NCBI GenBank assembly: GCA_964247055.1
Contig: OZ176053.1
Location: forward strand, 1,364,001 to 1,428,000
From: Paragordius varius
Lineage: Eukaryota > Animalia > Nematomorpha
DNA: 64,000 nucleotides
Direction: 5' to 3'
Part shown: piece by piece, positions 38,701-50,800 of the stretch
How the letters are laid out: each line of letters begins with the position of its first letter
Numbering within the stretch: the stretch's first letter is position 1
Made by a program: the position numbers and the translations under genes
The notes under the pieces: generated by a model
What the model saw: the letters and a program-made list of their open reading frames with translations, nothing else
Told to the model about the DNA's origin: nothing
The model's database searches: none

Positions 38701-41700
38701 AATTGGTAGAAGGTGACAAAATTTTGGCTATCAAAGTAACCAATGAAGTTGGTAACCTAAAATTCCAATGTCAAGAAAGGTTAGAAAATAATTTTATACC
38801 ATTAACCATCCGCAATATTATAATTAATTTAGAAAAACAAGGCTTAATAAATCGCCAAGATATCCTGTACCATATAAAAATGTTTTATACAAACTGTAAA
38901 GATTATTTGTAAGACTGGACGGTGCAATCCAATGATCATTGGATAACATTAAAACCAGAATTTAATTGGTGCGATGTTCAAAAATCATTTGATTACATCT
39001 GCATCTCCCAAAAATTCCCAAAAAGTAATCTTTCAGAAAATGATCCTTTTTCTGAAGAGTTAAAAAATATATTAATAATGACAAACTTAAATTATGGACT
39101 ACTAAAAAACAGTAGAAAAGATTGTTAGAAATATTTCATCAATTTTAAACAAACTATGTTTCATGCAATATTTTAAAAATTGTGGAATTGGCACTATCTT
39201 TACCTAAAACCAACGCTGCTCCTGACCGCGTTTTTTCCACACTAAATAAGGTGTGGACATCGGAAAAATCAAATTTACATGTCGAAACTAAAGGCCATTT
39301 TATCTGTCAAATATAATTTGACAAATACTTGTGAAGACCTATATTTTATAAAAAGGATGACAATCTGCTAAAACGCAGTCCCTCAAATAAAAAAAATATA
39401 CCAAAAAATAAAATATTTATATATATTTATAATGTATTTGTGTTAAAAATAAATAAATATTACAATAAATTTTTTGTATAAAAATTTTTGGTTGGACGCC
39501 CCATGCCCCCTTTCTCAGATTTGTCCCGCTTTTTTCTTCAAAAAATCTGGTCACTTTAGATGGAAAAATTGCGTAGTTTCGGGAATATAAATATGAATTT
39601 TAATTTTTGATATTTCATTTTTATGGGTAGAAAAAAATCCGGATGAAAACTGCATTAATGCACAAGAGTGTATGTCGAATGTATGTTACCGAAACAAATG
39701 TGTTTGCCCGCATGGATACGTTTTAAAACATGGAGTTTGTAAGCAAAGTATAGACTTTCATTTAGGGATATTGTGGTTATTGAGATTTTAAAGGCTAATA
39801 TTTAATAAATTTTAAATATAAATTAATATTATCTTGATCGTATTAAATCTGTTTACAAATTTTGAAAAAATGAAACCCAAATCACAATTATTTGACCGGT
39901 ATTAAAACCATAATCATGGTGCCAAAACTTTTTTCTTTTTCAAATTAATCTGCAGGAGATGAAAATAAAAAACACATACGATTTCAATCTCTATTACGGT
40001 GATACTCATGAAAAAACTTAAAGGGCTGCAAAAAAATATACCGTGTTTCAAGGGCCGTGCATGCACCTTATAATACCAATAAAAATTTCATAGCTGTTTG
40101 ACATTGCAGATATTTACACTTAAAACAAATAAATCACAATATTTAAAAAAATCAAGGCTAAGAAAAACCTATTTAGGGCAATATGTCACCCGAAGGCCGT
40201 GATTTAAGCATTACTGCTCTATAAAATGTTTATGATTTTTTCTTAAAATTTTCTTGGATACATAATGCTAAAGACCCATTGTGGAACAAAAAATGTCGCC
40301 AACACGATGATTGTCCAAATTCGCCCAACGTTTTTTGTGATACATTGAAGAGTGTTTGTGGTTGTCAACCAAACTCGTATTCCGTAAATCAAACAATATG
40401 TCTTTTAAGTACATTTAATTATTTATGGAATTTAAGTCTTAAAAAGAATTTTTTAAGGATATTTAATTGATTCAGGGATAAATTTTATTTATATAATAAA
40501 AATTATCTTATATATTGACGATGTGTAGAAAAAAACATATCAGAAGAGTGTACACTTGATGAGGAATGTTTAACCAATTACTGCTTAGAATCTAAATGTC
40601 AATGTCCAGCCGGGACTTACAAACTTAAATCTTCCTGTTTAAATGGTTAATTGCATTTCATTTCACAGTTTTAAAATAGGTTTTAAAATATATTTCATGG
40701 TTATATATGGGGTTTTTTACCATTAGGTCGCTTAGCGGACAGCAATTGTGAATCGAATGAAGCATGTCAAGCCTTTAACACTGCAAGCGGATGCGTTAAT
40801 TCTGTTTGTATGTGTGGCGATTCCTTCATCAGTGATGGACCGTATTGTGTTCCAGGTTTTTTACTGTTTTTTGTTATTTAGAAGTGATTTTTAAAGTGTA
40901 AAAAGTGTTAAATTAAAACCTAATAGGCGTTTAATTTTTTTATCAAAATTAGGTTTATCCAACAAACAATGGATTAAAAGTAGTGATACCATTTATACCT
41001 CAATCACCCTTAAACACTTAAATTTCCATTTGTACTTTTAAATTCACCTTCGAACATTTCGTCTTTACTCTAAATGTATTTTGAAAAAATAAAATGGTTG
41101 TGTCTTTTGATGTTAAAAATTTGTCGTAATACAGATGTTTATCTGTGCCATAAAGAAATCCAATATATCAATAGGAGTTAAATTAGCCTCAAGCACATAC
41201 CTTTTTTTAGAGGGAATTTGATATGTTTAAGGGTGAGATTTTCGAGAATGAATTTGAAAACAAAGTTTAATTCCCCTGATCATTATGATGATGGAACAGA
41301 TTTAAAACCACTTTTGGAAATAGGCCTTAACTTACAAATTTTAAATTAAAAAAACCTATTATTTGAAAAATACCCAAAACGTCTATTCCCTTCAATTTAT
41401 ATTTCTAGAAGAAAGTGCTTATGATTGCAAATTTGATGGGAAGATGGTTGTGAGAAATTTTAAAACTTTTGCAGACAATCTCAATCCAATCGAGCAATTT
41501 CATCTGATAAAGTTAATCGAAAAACATGTATTGATTTTATAATCCAATTTTAATATTGAGAATATTGTAAATTTTATGTAGATCACCGAAATTTTGGAGG
41601 AATACATTCCATCACAATTATTTTATGTCTATCTGGAAACAAAGTAATATTTTGTAAGTTAAATCATTTTTAAGGAAAATTGCATAATTTTAATTAAAAA

Positions 41701-44700
41701 AGCTTTATTTTTTGAATTTATTTCAGTTATTTCGCAACATTAAACCCGACAAAAAATGGAATGGGACTTCAAATGTTTCTTTACTTGAACAATGTGACTC
41801 AGGATGTTTCAGAAGACCTTAAAACGCAATTTCTAAACCATCTCTTATTATCTTACCAAGATATTAATATAATCAAATTGGATGGCTCGGAAACTTATAT
41901 AACACCAATTATTGGTATCTCAAAATTAATAATAAATAAAATAATTTTAAACGATGAAAAACTTTAAAAAGTTTAATTATGGCTGGCCTATTAGTCTCGG
42001 TTGCATACCAAGTGTATAGATATATATTATCAGTTTAACTAAGAGAAGACGTCGAAAAGTACGCAGACGATTAATTTGATACACAACCTTTTTTGGTCAT
42101 TAAACATATACAACTCAATTTTAGCTCACCAAAAACTAGTGTCCCACTTTTATCATACAGTAATCTTGTCATATTTTTTGCCTAAATAGGAATAGTTGTA
42201 GCACGCATTCTCATCAGAAGAAAAAGGCTGTTGAACCGTTTGCAGGTAAAATCCAATTAACACATGTGAAACATGGTTTCGATATTAAAAGTTATAATTT
42301 CATATGAAATAGTGTGGGTGGTAGACCTCACAACTGCTAAGACGATCAAATGCAAGAGTTATTGGATAATGACCCAACTGAAAACGGTAATTGACAGAAG
42401 CATCACATGTATCCTTACAAAAAACATAAACTCGGTAAATGGGTTTCGCGCAATTTGAATGAACGTTAAACAGAAAATCGAGTGGCAAGTGATATCCTGC
42501 CATACCCTCACGAAAAAAAATCATTATTGCATCGAATAAGGATGGGTGATGAGAAAAGGCTTGATCATTTAAATCTAAAGGGAAAAAATCGTGACTTTCG
42601 CTTTGCCAAGCCAGTCCATCAACACTAATACCAAATCGCTTCAGTAAGAAAATCATTCTTAGGATGGGTCCAAAGTGGTATGAGCTTTTGAGGTCCCGTA
42701 AAATTGTCAATACACAACATCGCTAGCAAATACATAATTAAAACCATGCATAAATAAAAAAACAACCAGAATAAGCCAGTACATGACAATGCTTCGACCA
42801 ACAAAACCAATTAAATTCGTTTTGATAGGAAGCGCATCCGATCGACTCTCCTGACCTGGCGCCATCTGACTATACAACTTTGCATTAATGGAGCATACCC
42901 TCGCAAAGCAGCATTTCAATATTCAAGACGTTGAAAAATGGCTCGACGAATAGTTACGGAATTCATTTACTACTTGAGAGATGGGCAAAATGTATAGAAG
43001 CCGATGTCTGAATAAAATAAATAAATTATTACAAAACTACGTTTTTGTAAATAAAAACCGGTAAAAATTTATTAATACACCTGGTATGGAAAATTACCAA
43101 AAAAATCGAAAAACATATTTTGGAAATAGATTTAAATTTTAAACTCATGGAATCTAATGTAAAAATTTACTTATAAATCGCTAAATGCAAAAAACAGGCC
43201 CATGTGTAACACGACAAATGGTAAAAATCAATTCAAACAAATTTATTATGGTTTTTGCCTTTGTCCTGATACCAGCTCTATTCGTAGTGTTTCACATTGC
43301 TCGAACTTACATAAGTAATTACTCTAACTTAATTTTTGAAATAATATTACGATTTTGGAGTTTATTTTTTATAAAAAAAATATAATAAATTAATTTAGCT
43401 TTGCATTCGGAATTGCGTAAAGCCATACCTTGGAAACAAAATGTGTTTGTAAATTATGTCACGATCCCGAACGAAGAAACGCTGAAAATTATCCTTAAAA
43501 CATTAAAATTTGACACAGGTTTTAAATATATTTATGGATCATTAGGTTATATATATATAAAGTAAAAAAATTGTCTTGAGAGATTATTTTGAACGATTTA
43601 ATATAAAATTGACCATAGCATAACTTAACATTAAAGACTTACTTGAAACAAAGACGGGCCAAAACTAATAACAGCCATAAACAATTTAAGAACAATACAA
43701 ATTTGGTCATTAATATAAAAGTTTGAGTATTTAACTTTTTTTTATAAAGTTAAATAGGTGGTCCATACACCTTATAATAACTTTAATGCAAGTAGATTGC
43801 ATCTTTTATGGAATTTATTGAGTAACTTATTTAGATTATAACATGTGGTAACACATTTTAATAGGTTAAATATGGTAGTTAAGTAAAAACAAAAATATTT
43901 TAACAATAGATAATGGTTGTTACCCATTTATATTTAATTGTTTATACCAATCTTAAATAATCGTCATTGACACAGTCATATGCCATATAAATTTTTTAGC
44001 AAAATCATTTTTTCAGAACAAACCTTTTTTAATGTCAAAATTTAGCACATACTTAAAATTTTCATTCCACAATATCGGCAGTTTTATGTTTAATTAAAAA
44101 AATAGTCCAATTTACAAGGGTCAATTTTAAAACTTTCGAGTCTATGGCAAATTTTTTGTTCAATATAAATATGGTTATGCTTTTTAATTATAATGTGTAT
44201 AATAATTTAATTATAACTTCGAAATGAAGGATAGAAGCTTTTACCAAAAAAAAATATTTGCTATAATGTGCGCTAATTTGCCCTTTCTCGATATCTGGAA
44301 TTTACCCCAAAGTCCAAATAACTTTCTTATAGCACTAAGAAGCCCTAAAACTAAAAGCATTATAAGAAAATATGATACATTTATCTAGAATATATATCAT
44401 TAAGAAAATATTAAAACACCCAATTTTATGCCGTTTATGAGGTTTTGGAAAAATAGTTATATAGCAAGCCTGAATTTTTTTGGTAATATATCTTTATCCG
44501 TTCATATTTAATCCATTTTTATATGCCAAATATTTAGACACTATGAATTCGCATCAATTAAAGTTGGAGTATTTACGTTACTTTTATGAGCAACATTACG
44601 ATTTTGATTACACCTACAATTATGACTTAACGTTCAATTACAATGCTTTCCTTCAACGCCAATCTCAAGAACCTCGCCATGATATTATCGATTCCCTGTA

Positions 44701-44857
44701 TAATAATAATACCCAAAATTTAAACGTTTCTAGGGGTGAAATTGTTAAAAAATCTTTGGCATTTAAGCGTATGGAAAATGCTTCAAACGATAGTATTGAA
44801 TCGCAAACGTACAGTTTAAACTATGAGAAATATGACGAGGACGAATCTATAAAATGA
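35750..44857 (+). CDS. Single-pass membrane protein: six EB-like Cys-rich modules, SEA-like domain, TM helix, Tyr-rich cytoplasmic tail
   Basis: Symmetric phase 1-1 six-Cys exons at 36559-36714, 36803-36925, 39631-39747, 40274-40408, 40529-40645 and 40727-40855 (e.g. CTLDEECLTNYCLESKCQCPAGTYKLKSSC). SEA-like exons 41409-41527, about 41582-41643 and about 41727-41912 (FDGKMVVRNFKTFADNL...LIEKHITEILEE). TM exon 43198-43314 (FIMVFAFVLIPALFVVFHIA), then 43399-43518 and 44538-44857. Upstream exons 35750-35810 and 36429-36479 are tentative; no start codon or signal peptide was found. Confidence 0.75.
37094..39558 (+). mobile_element. Degenerate hAT DNA transposon (Tip100-like TIR) in an intron
   Basis: TIRs TAAGGTGACCAGA (37094) and TCTGGTCACTTTA (ending 39558); clustered subterminal GTCCCGC repeats; transposase fragments CARTKAE, IIAYCADDTNTN, KTRWLVLLPAIE, LSLPKTNAAPDRVFS. 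Many frameshifts; no matching 8-bp TSD. Confidence 0.85.
42008..43084 (+). mobile_element. Degenerate mariner (Mos1/mauritiana-like) element in an intron
   Basis: Termini TA|CCAAGTGTAT...ATACACCTGG|TA, similar to the Mos1 TIR start CCAGGTGTAC; relic motifs GKWVSRNL, MGDEK, HDNA, SPDLAPSDY, ERWAKCIE. Confidence 0.85.
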
Positions 44858-45205
44858 TGAAGGCAAAAATCACTACAATCCAATTATTAGTTACCCAAAA
44901 AAGAATCAAAAATAAAAATGCAAAATTTCTAATTTTTATTTTTACTATGTAATAATTTTTGATATTGGATATCTCATTGTGAGGTTTTTGTCAAGCATAA
45001 ATACTCTCCAAAAAAATTGTTTGAACTTTCTTAGTGTATTTTTGGATTTATTTCATAAATGGTACTTTTTGTTCGAATAAAACCCCAATATCGCTACAAA
45101 TGTTAAAAATGTAACATAAAATTTCATTTGCTTTAAAATTACAATAAACGATCGGTCATTCAATTTTTGCATGTTTTATGACTTTATTTAAAAATTGGTA
45201 TATTA

Positions 45206-47566
45206 CAGTAAAAACTGATAATATACGAAAAAAACGTAATAATATAAAGACAAATAATCTATATATTTATGAAAATGGAAAGCGGTGGCTTTGTGATCTG
45301 TTTCCGGAAAAGTAGACTCATTCAAATCCAAATATCGAAAAAATATAATCCTTAATGAATGCCCAGACAATAGCTTCGCCCTTTTTTGAATTAGGTCCCC
45401 AGTTTGGGCCCACCCCGTGTACAAAACGGTTTTTTTTGAAAACACAAGTCCACAAAAATCATATCTTTGAGACAATTTTCCGGAAAACGGTTGGACCATT
45501 CGATTTCAAATATGATTTTTTTAACTTATTTTCGTTTGCGCCGAACATGGTCGGCTCGCTTTTTTAATTTAGGCCCTCTTTTTACCCGCTCCCCCCGTAA
45601 AATGCCATTTTAAGTCCACAAAAATATTTTTAACCTATTTTCACCCAAAGTATAAGACCGTAAAAATACAATAAAGATTCCAGGTATCTGCTAAAAGGCA
45701 AAAATTTTAGTCAAGAGTTTTTTTTGATGATAGTTGCTGGGTAAGGAAATATCCGCTAAAAACTGACTCGTCATAAACCGTGCTTTGGGGCTAAATTTCA
45801 GAAAACCCAGGCCATATGAGTTCAATCCGTGCTTAAAATATTACCTGTAAAAAGTCAAAAATTAGAGTCGGGCGGATTTTTTAAGCGATTAAATAGGCCC
45901 TCTACGCCCTGAGAAATGCGCCACCATAGAATAATTTTTTAATTTTGAGGCAATTTTTCCGAAAACTAATGAGAGCATATGGAATCAATCATGATTCCAG
46001 GTATTCTCCGTAAAAAGGCAAAAAATTTAATCAAGCGCTTTTTTGTATTAGCCTCTGGGTAGGGAGCTGCCCGCCTACAACGGCGCCACCATATCAAAAT
46101 TGCGTTGTTTAGGAGTTAATCTTCAGAAAACTTATGAGACTATGTGAGTTCAATAAGGGCCTAAAACATTACCCGTAAAAAGGCAAAAATTTAAGTCGAG
46201 CGGTTTTAAATTAGCGGTTAGATAGGCCCATTACACCCTAAAAAATGCGCTATCATTGTACTAATTTTTTAGTTTTGAAGCCAATCTGTCATAACTAATA
46301 AGAACATATGGAATGAATGATGATTCCCGGTATTCTTATATAAAGGCAAAAAAATTTATCGAACGTTTTTTTATTTTGGCTCCTGGGCAGGGATCTACCC
46401 GCCAAAAACTGTGCCACCATATCAAAATTGCGTTGTTTAGGAGTTTTTTTCAAAAGTTTTATAAGGGCCAGAAATATTACGCGTAAAAAGGCAAAAATTT
46501 AAGTCGAGCGGATTTTTTAAATTAGCGGTTAAATAGGCTCTAGGTAAGGGCTACCCGTGTAAAAATGCGTCACTATATCGATACAGCATGTCTTTGGAGT
46601 TAAATTTCAAAAAAAACTTATGAGACTATGTGAGTTCAATAAGGGCCTAAAATATTTATTACCTCTCAAAAAACAATTTTAGTATAGGGGGTTATTTTAA
46701 TAAATTGCTAAGAAAAGTTTTACGTCCTGGAAAATTCGCCGCCATAGAACAATTTTTGGTTTTGAAGCAAAATTTCCAAGAACTTATAGAAACATATGGA
46801 CATTATAATTTCAGATATTCACCATATAAAGACAAAAATTTTGCTCGACGCTTTTTTATACCTGCCTTTGGGTAATAATCTACCAGCCAAAAACTGTGCA
46901 ACTAATTAGAAATTGCGTTGTTTTGGAACTAATTTAAAACTTATGCCATATGAGTTCATTAAAAGCTTGTATTACCCGTAACTAGGTAAAAATTAGGGTC
47001 GGGCCTTTTTTATTAGCCTTTAAATTGAGGCCTTTATGCCCTATGCCATCATTTATGATTATTTAGTGTTGAAATATTTTTTGAATAACCCATGAGACGA
47101 CGGTCTCAAAGATGATTCCAAATTTCCCTATAAAAGCTAGCGCTTTTTCCATATAGGCCTATAAGTAGGACTCTACCGGTTTAAAACTGAGACGCCATAC
47201 AAAATTGGCGTGGCTTTGGAGATAATTTTCAAAAAACTTAAGAAGCCATACGAGTTCAATAAAGGCTTTAAATATCACCCATAAAAAAGTAAAAAATTAT
47301 AGTATAGCGGTTTTCCCGTTAGCCGTAATTCTAAAAGACAACCATACTTTTTAAACTTTAATTTTTCCCACATAAATGATTTATTTCAATAATAAAATAT
47401 ATAATTGATTGTATTACTAATATACATCTCTATTCCATACTTTGCAATTTTTAACAATTATTTAAATTTTAAATCAAGATTTAAAAAATATGGTTGTTGT
47501 CTTTTAGAAAAAAATATTTGTCTTTATATTTTTACGTTTTTTCCATATACAATTTCAATTTTTACT
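45206..47566. mobile_element. CAGT-TIR MITE split by a ~2.07-kb insertion
   Basis: The left TIR start (ta|cagtaaaaactg...aaagacaaata) is at 45206-45255; its continuation (ctaaaagacaaccatac) resumes at about 47331; the right TIR ends tttttactg|ta at 47566. Confidence 0.7.
45560..47330 (+). repeat. Tandem array, ~160-165-bp monomer with alternating dimer structure
   Basis: The aaaaggcaaaaattt motif recurs at about 45695, 45853, 46013, 46178, 46343, 46487, 46830, 46985 and 47285; alternate units share either ggaatc.atgattcc or gagttcaataagggcc. A fragment of its end also occurs at 22250-22330. Confidence 0.8.
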
Positions 47567-47894
47567 GTATTATACCTTTAAAAAAATAAATATAATATTA
47601 AATCTCTTTAATAGGCTTATACTAATACAATGTCCAACAATTATAATTTTATGGATATATAAAGCGACAAACTAACGCCATCAAAGGTGTTTATGTCAAC
47701 TATTCTCTGAGACTTTCAATAAATGCAGAATTAATTCGGCCTAATAAAATGTAAGATTTTCAGAAAGATTCAACAAAATATAGTAAAAATACAGCCTGAT
47801 ATTAGTAGGAACCACTTCAACAAACTAATATTTTGATACCATTTTGGTTTTCAAAACCCCCGATAATCTAAAAATTTAGTATTCGAAAATATAT

Positions 47895-50800
47895 TTATTG
47901 ATTTGTGTCATGGGCATTATCATTTGTGGGTATATCATAGAGAAACATGTAATGTTTAACATCCAATTTGTTGAGAAATAATCGAATCGAAGTGGGCGCT
48001 AACCAAGCACTAAAATATTGCGTTAGCGATCTAAAATTCAGACACAAAAATTTATAATCAAAATATATAAATTAAAGACAAAAATTAAATTTTTCACACA
48101 AAAAATATCCAAAAATTAGTTGTTTATTACTTTAAATAGGACAAATTATCTCCATTGGTATCTATAATGCTATTTTCTTCAGGCGTTGTTTCAAAGGATG
48201 CTTCGTTTAATATTAAGCAAATACTTCCCAGTGCTATTTTAAGTAGATTCAATATTGTACAAAATTAATCATAAATTCAAATATTTTTGTATACCTTTAT
48301 TTTTGACTTGGTCACAGACAAAAGAGCTTAACAAAGTTAGTTGACAATTTTCATTGTGCAAAAGTTGTATGAAATCTGAAAATAGAATATGTATTTTTCT
48401 GGGTTCCCCAATAGCATGGCTAGATATATCGATGCCCTATATAAGTATAAAATCAATAAATTTTATTAGAGAAGAAAATTAATACAGTAACAATTAAAAT
48501 TGTAAAAATAATTTACAAAAAATATAAAAAACAAATATTATTTTTTTCAAAAAATTATTTTTGAATCTTGTGTTTTTTGCCAATAAACCTAGCGTTAAGA
48601 AATGGGAGCCACGCTTATTACTTTTTAAAGTTGTAACTACAGGCCTTACGACATATAAGGAAAAAAATATGGTTTTCTTGATAAAAAATATATATAAAAA
48701 TATTTTACTTTTATTTTTTGAGAAAATTATTTTAAATTATATATAGAATGTTATCGATTTCCACATTTCAAAAAAAGTAATTATTCAAAGTTAAAATATA
48801 AATAAATATATTTTTATTCGAAGCATAAAATATAAACATCTTGACACAATCTATAGGGGTGATCGCATTTAAGACTTCGATTGTAAGCAAGTATTCGCTG
48901 ACCCGTACTTATAATTTTAAGCCTATCACGATTCAACAGAATAATTTCACGTATCCGGTCATGGACATAATATAAATTATGTTTAATACAACTGGTCGCT
49001 GTTGATGTTGTTCTTAAACCAATATTTTCGGGAGATTTTTGTAAATTTTCATTTTCAATCTCTAAAATATTATAAAATTGGTAATAAAAATATCTAAAAA
49101 TTTTTTAAAAAGAATGAATAATGAATTTGACATAAATAGGGTTAATATTGCTTTAATACAAACGCGGCCCACAAGCCACAACGTCCCTCCAACAAATTTT
49201 ACCACCCGCAAAAAAAATTAAAATATTTTATTAAAATTTTAATATATTTTTTAAAAAAATAATTTATCCGGAATCATGATTGATATATAGAGAAATTATT
49301 TATTGATATCCATTGTTTTAATGCGACTTACAGAATTTTTTGAAGGTAAAAATGCGGCCCGCGAGGCCATATGTGTTGCAACCCGTGCTTGAATACATAA
49401 TGATTAATAAAAATTAGGAATAATTGGATGAAAAAAACAACAGCATATAAAAACCATTTTTAGATGAAGAAAGAGTCTCCTCATTATGATTATTGTTGTC
49501 TTTTTCGGTATTTTGTTGTAATTTTTCTTTCTTGGTTGTTTTGACATCTTCACTCCGATAACTTATGTTTTGGACAGCGAATTCAGGTGTGAAATCAAAG
49601 AATTTACTAATTTTTTTTATAAGAGATAAATATTAGTAAATTATGCAGTAAAAAATAATATTATAGGGACAAAACGAAATGGAAAGATATATAATTTGTA
49701 AAACCTTGATTTTTTGTTTTATAAGTTATCATTATAGGTTACAAAACAGAAATAATGTAAATCGATACTATTTATAAAATTTCTGAATTATATTCAAATA
49801 ATTTTATAATAATCTAAAAAATCAAGATTTAAAAAGTGTGGTTGTCTCTAAATAAAAGAATTATTTGAAGTTTTGTGGGTGTAATTTTAATATATATCCT
49901 AAATAAAATTAATAATTTAATTAACGGTATAAAACACTTGATATCTTTCCATAATTCCATGTCTGATGCCATATCAGACCCCAAGAATCTGAAAGGATTT
50001 TCACGAAATCCCTGGTTATTTTTGCTGTTTGGTTTGAATCTTTTAGTTTTATTAGGGTTTAAGTTTAATGTTTGAACATTTTGTCCTTTTGACGTGTCGT
50101 CAGAACTAATGCTTTCTAATGGGTTTCCATCAGAAATTCCAAGTAAAGTTTGATTAGACGTATTATTTAGGCATTCGAAATAATTGGATATAAAGGCTCC
50201 TTTTTTAATATATAATTAAAAAATATGCGGTCATTACTTAACAATTTAAAAAATATGTTTTAATCTAATTTCAAAACAAGATTTGCCAAGTGGTGAAGGA
50301 AAAAAAATATTTTGTTATACATATATATATATAAATCAGTTATGCGATTTTTTTCGATTGATGATATGTAAATTAACTGTTAAATAAAAATCATATCAAT
50401 GTATTTTATTTTCTACGAATAAACTTTATCAAAAATTAACAAGGAATATTACAAAATACAAATATAAATTAGGCATAAAAATTTAAGTCAAGAAAAAATT
50501 ACCCATTCTAAAGTCTTGTACAACGTCAGCCCCTAAATTACTTATAGGCCATGAAGTATTTACTATTTTTAAGCGTTTTTGTTGAGCATTTTCAATAACA
50601 TTTCCACTTTGAGTATATGGAAAGTGTGGATGTTCAATGATTTGATCACCATTTTTTTCTTGATGCGTTTGTGTTAAAGAAGAATTTTCTAACCCTACTC
50701 CCCCACACATCCAAGGTAAGATAGCTACCTTACGTAATCTGGCGACAAAAAAACCTCCAGTATCTTGTAGGTGTGGATAAATGCGTAAACTATCACGTTA

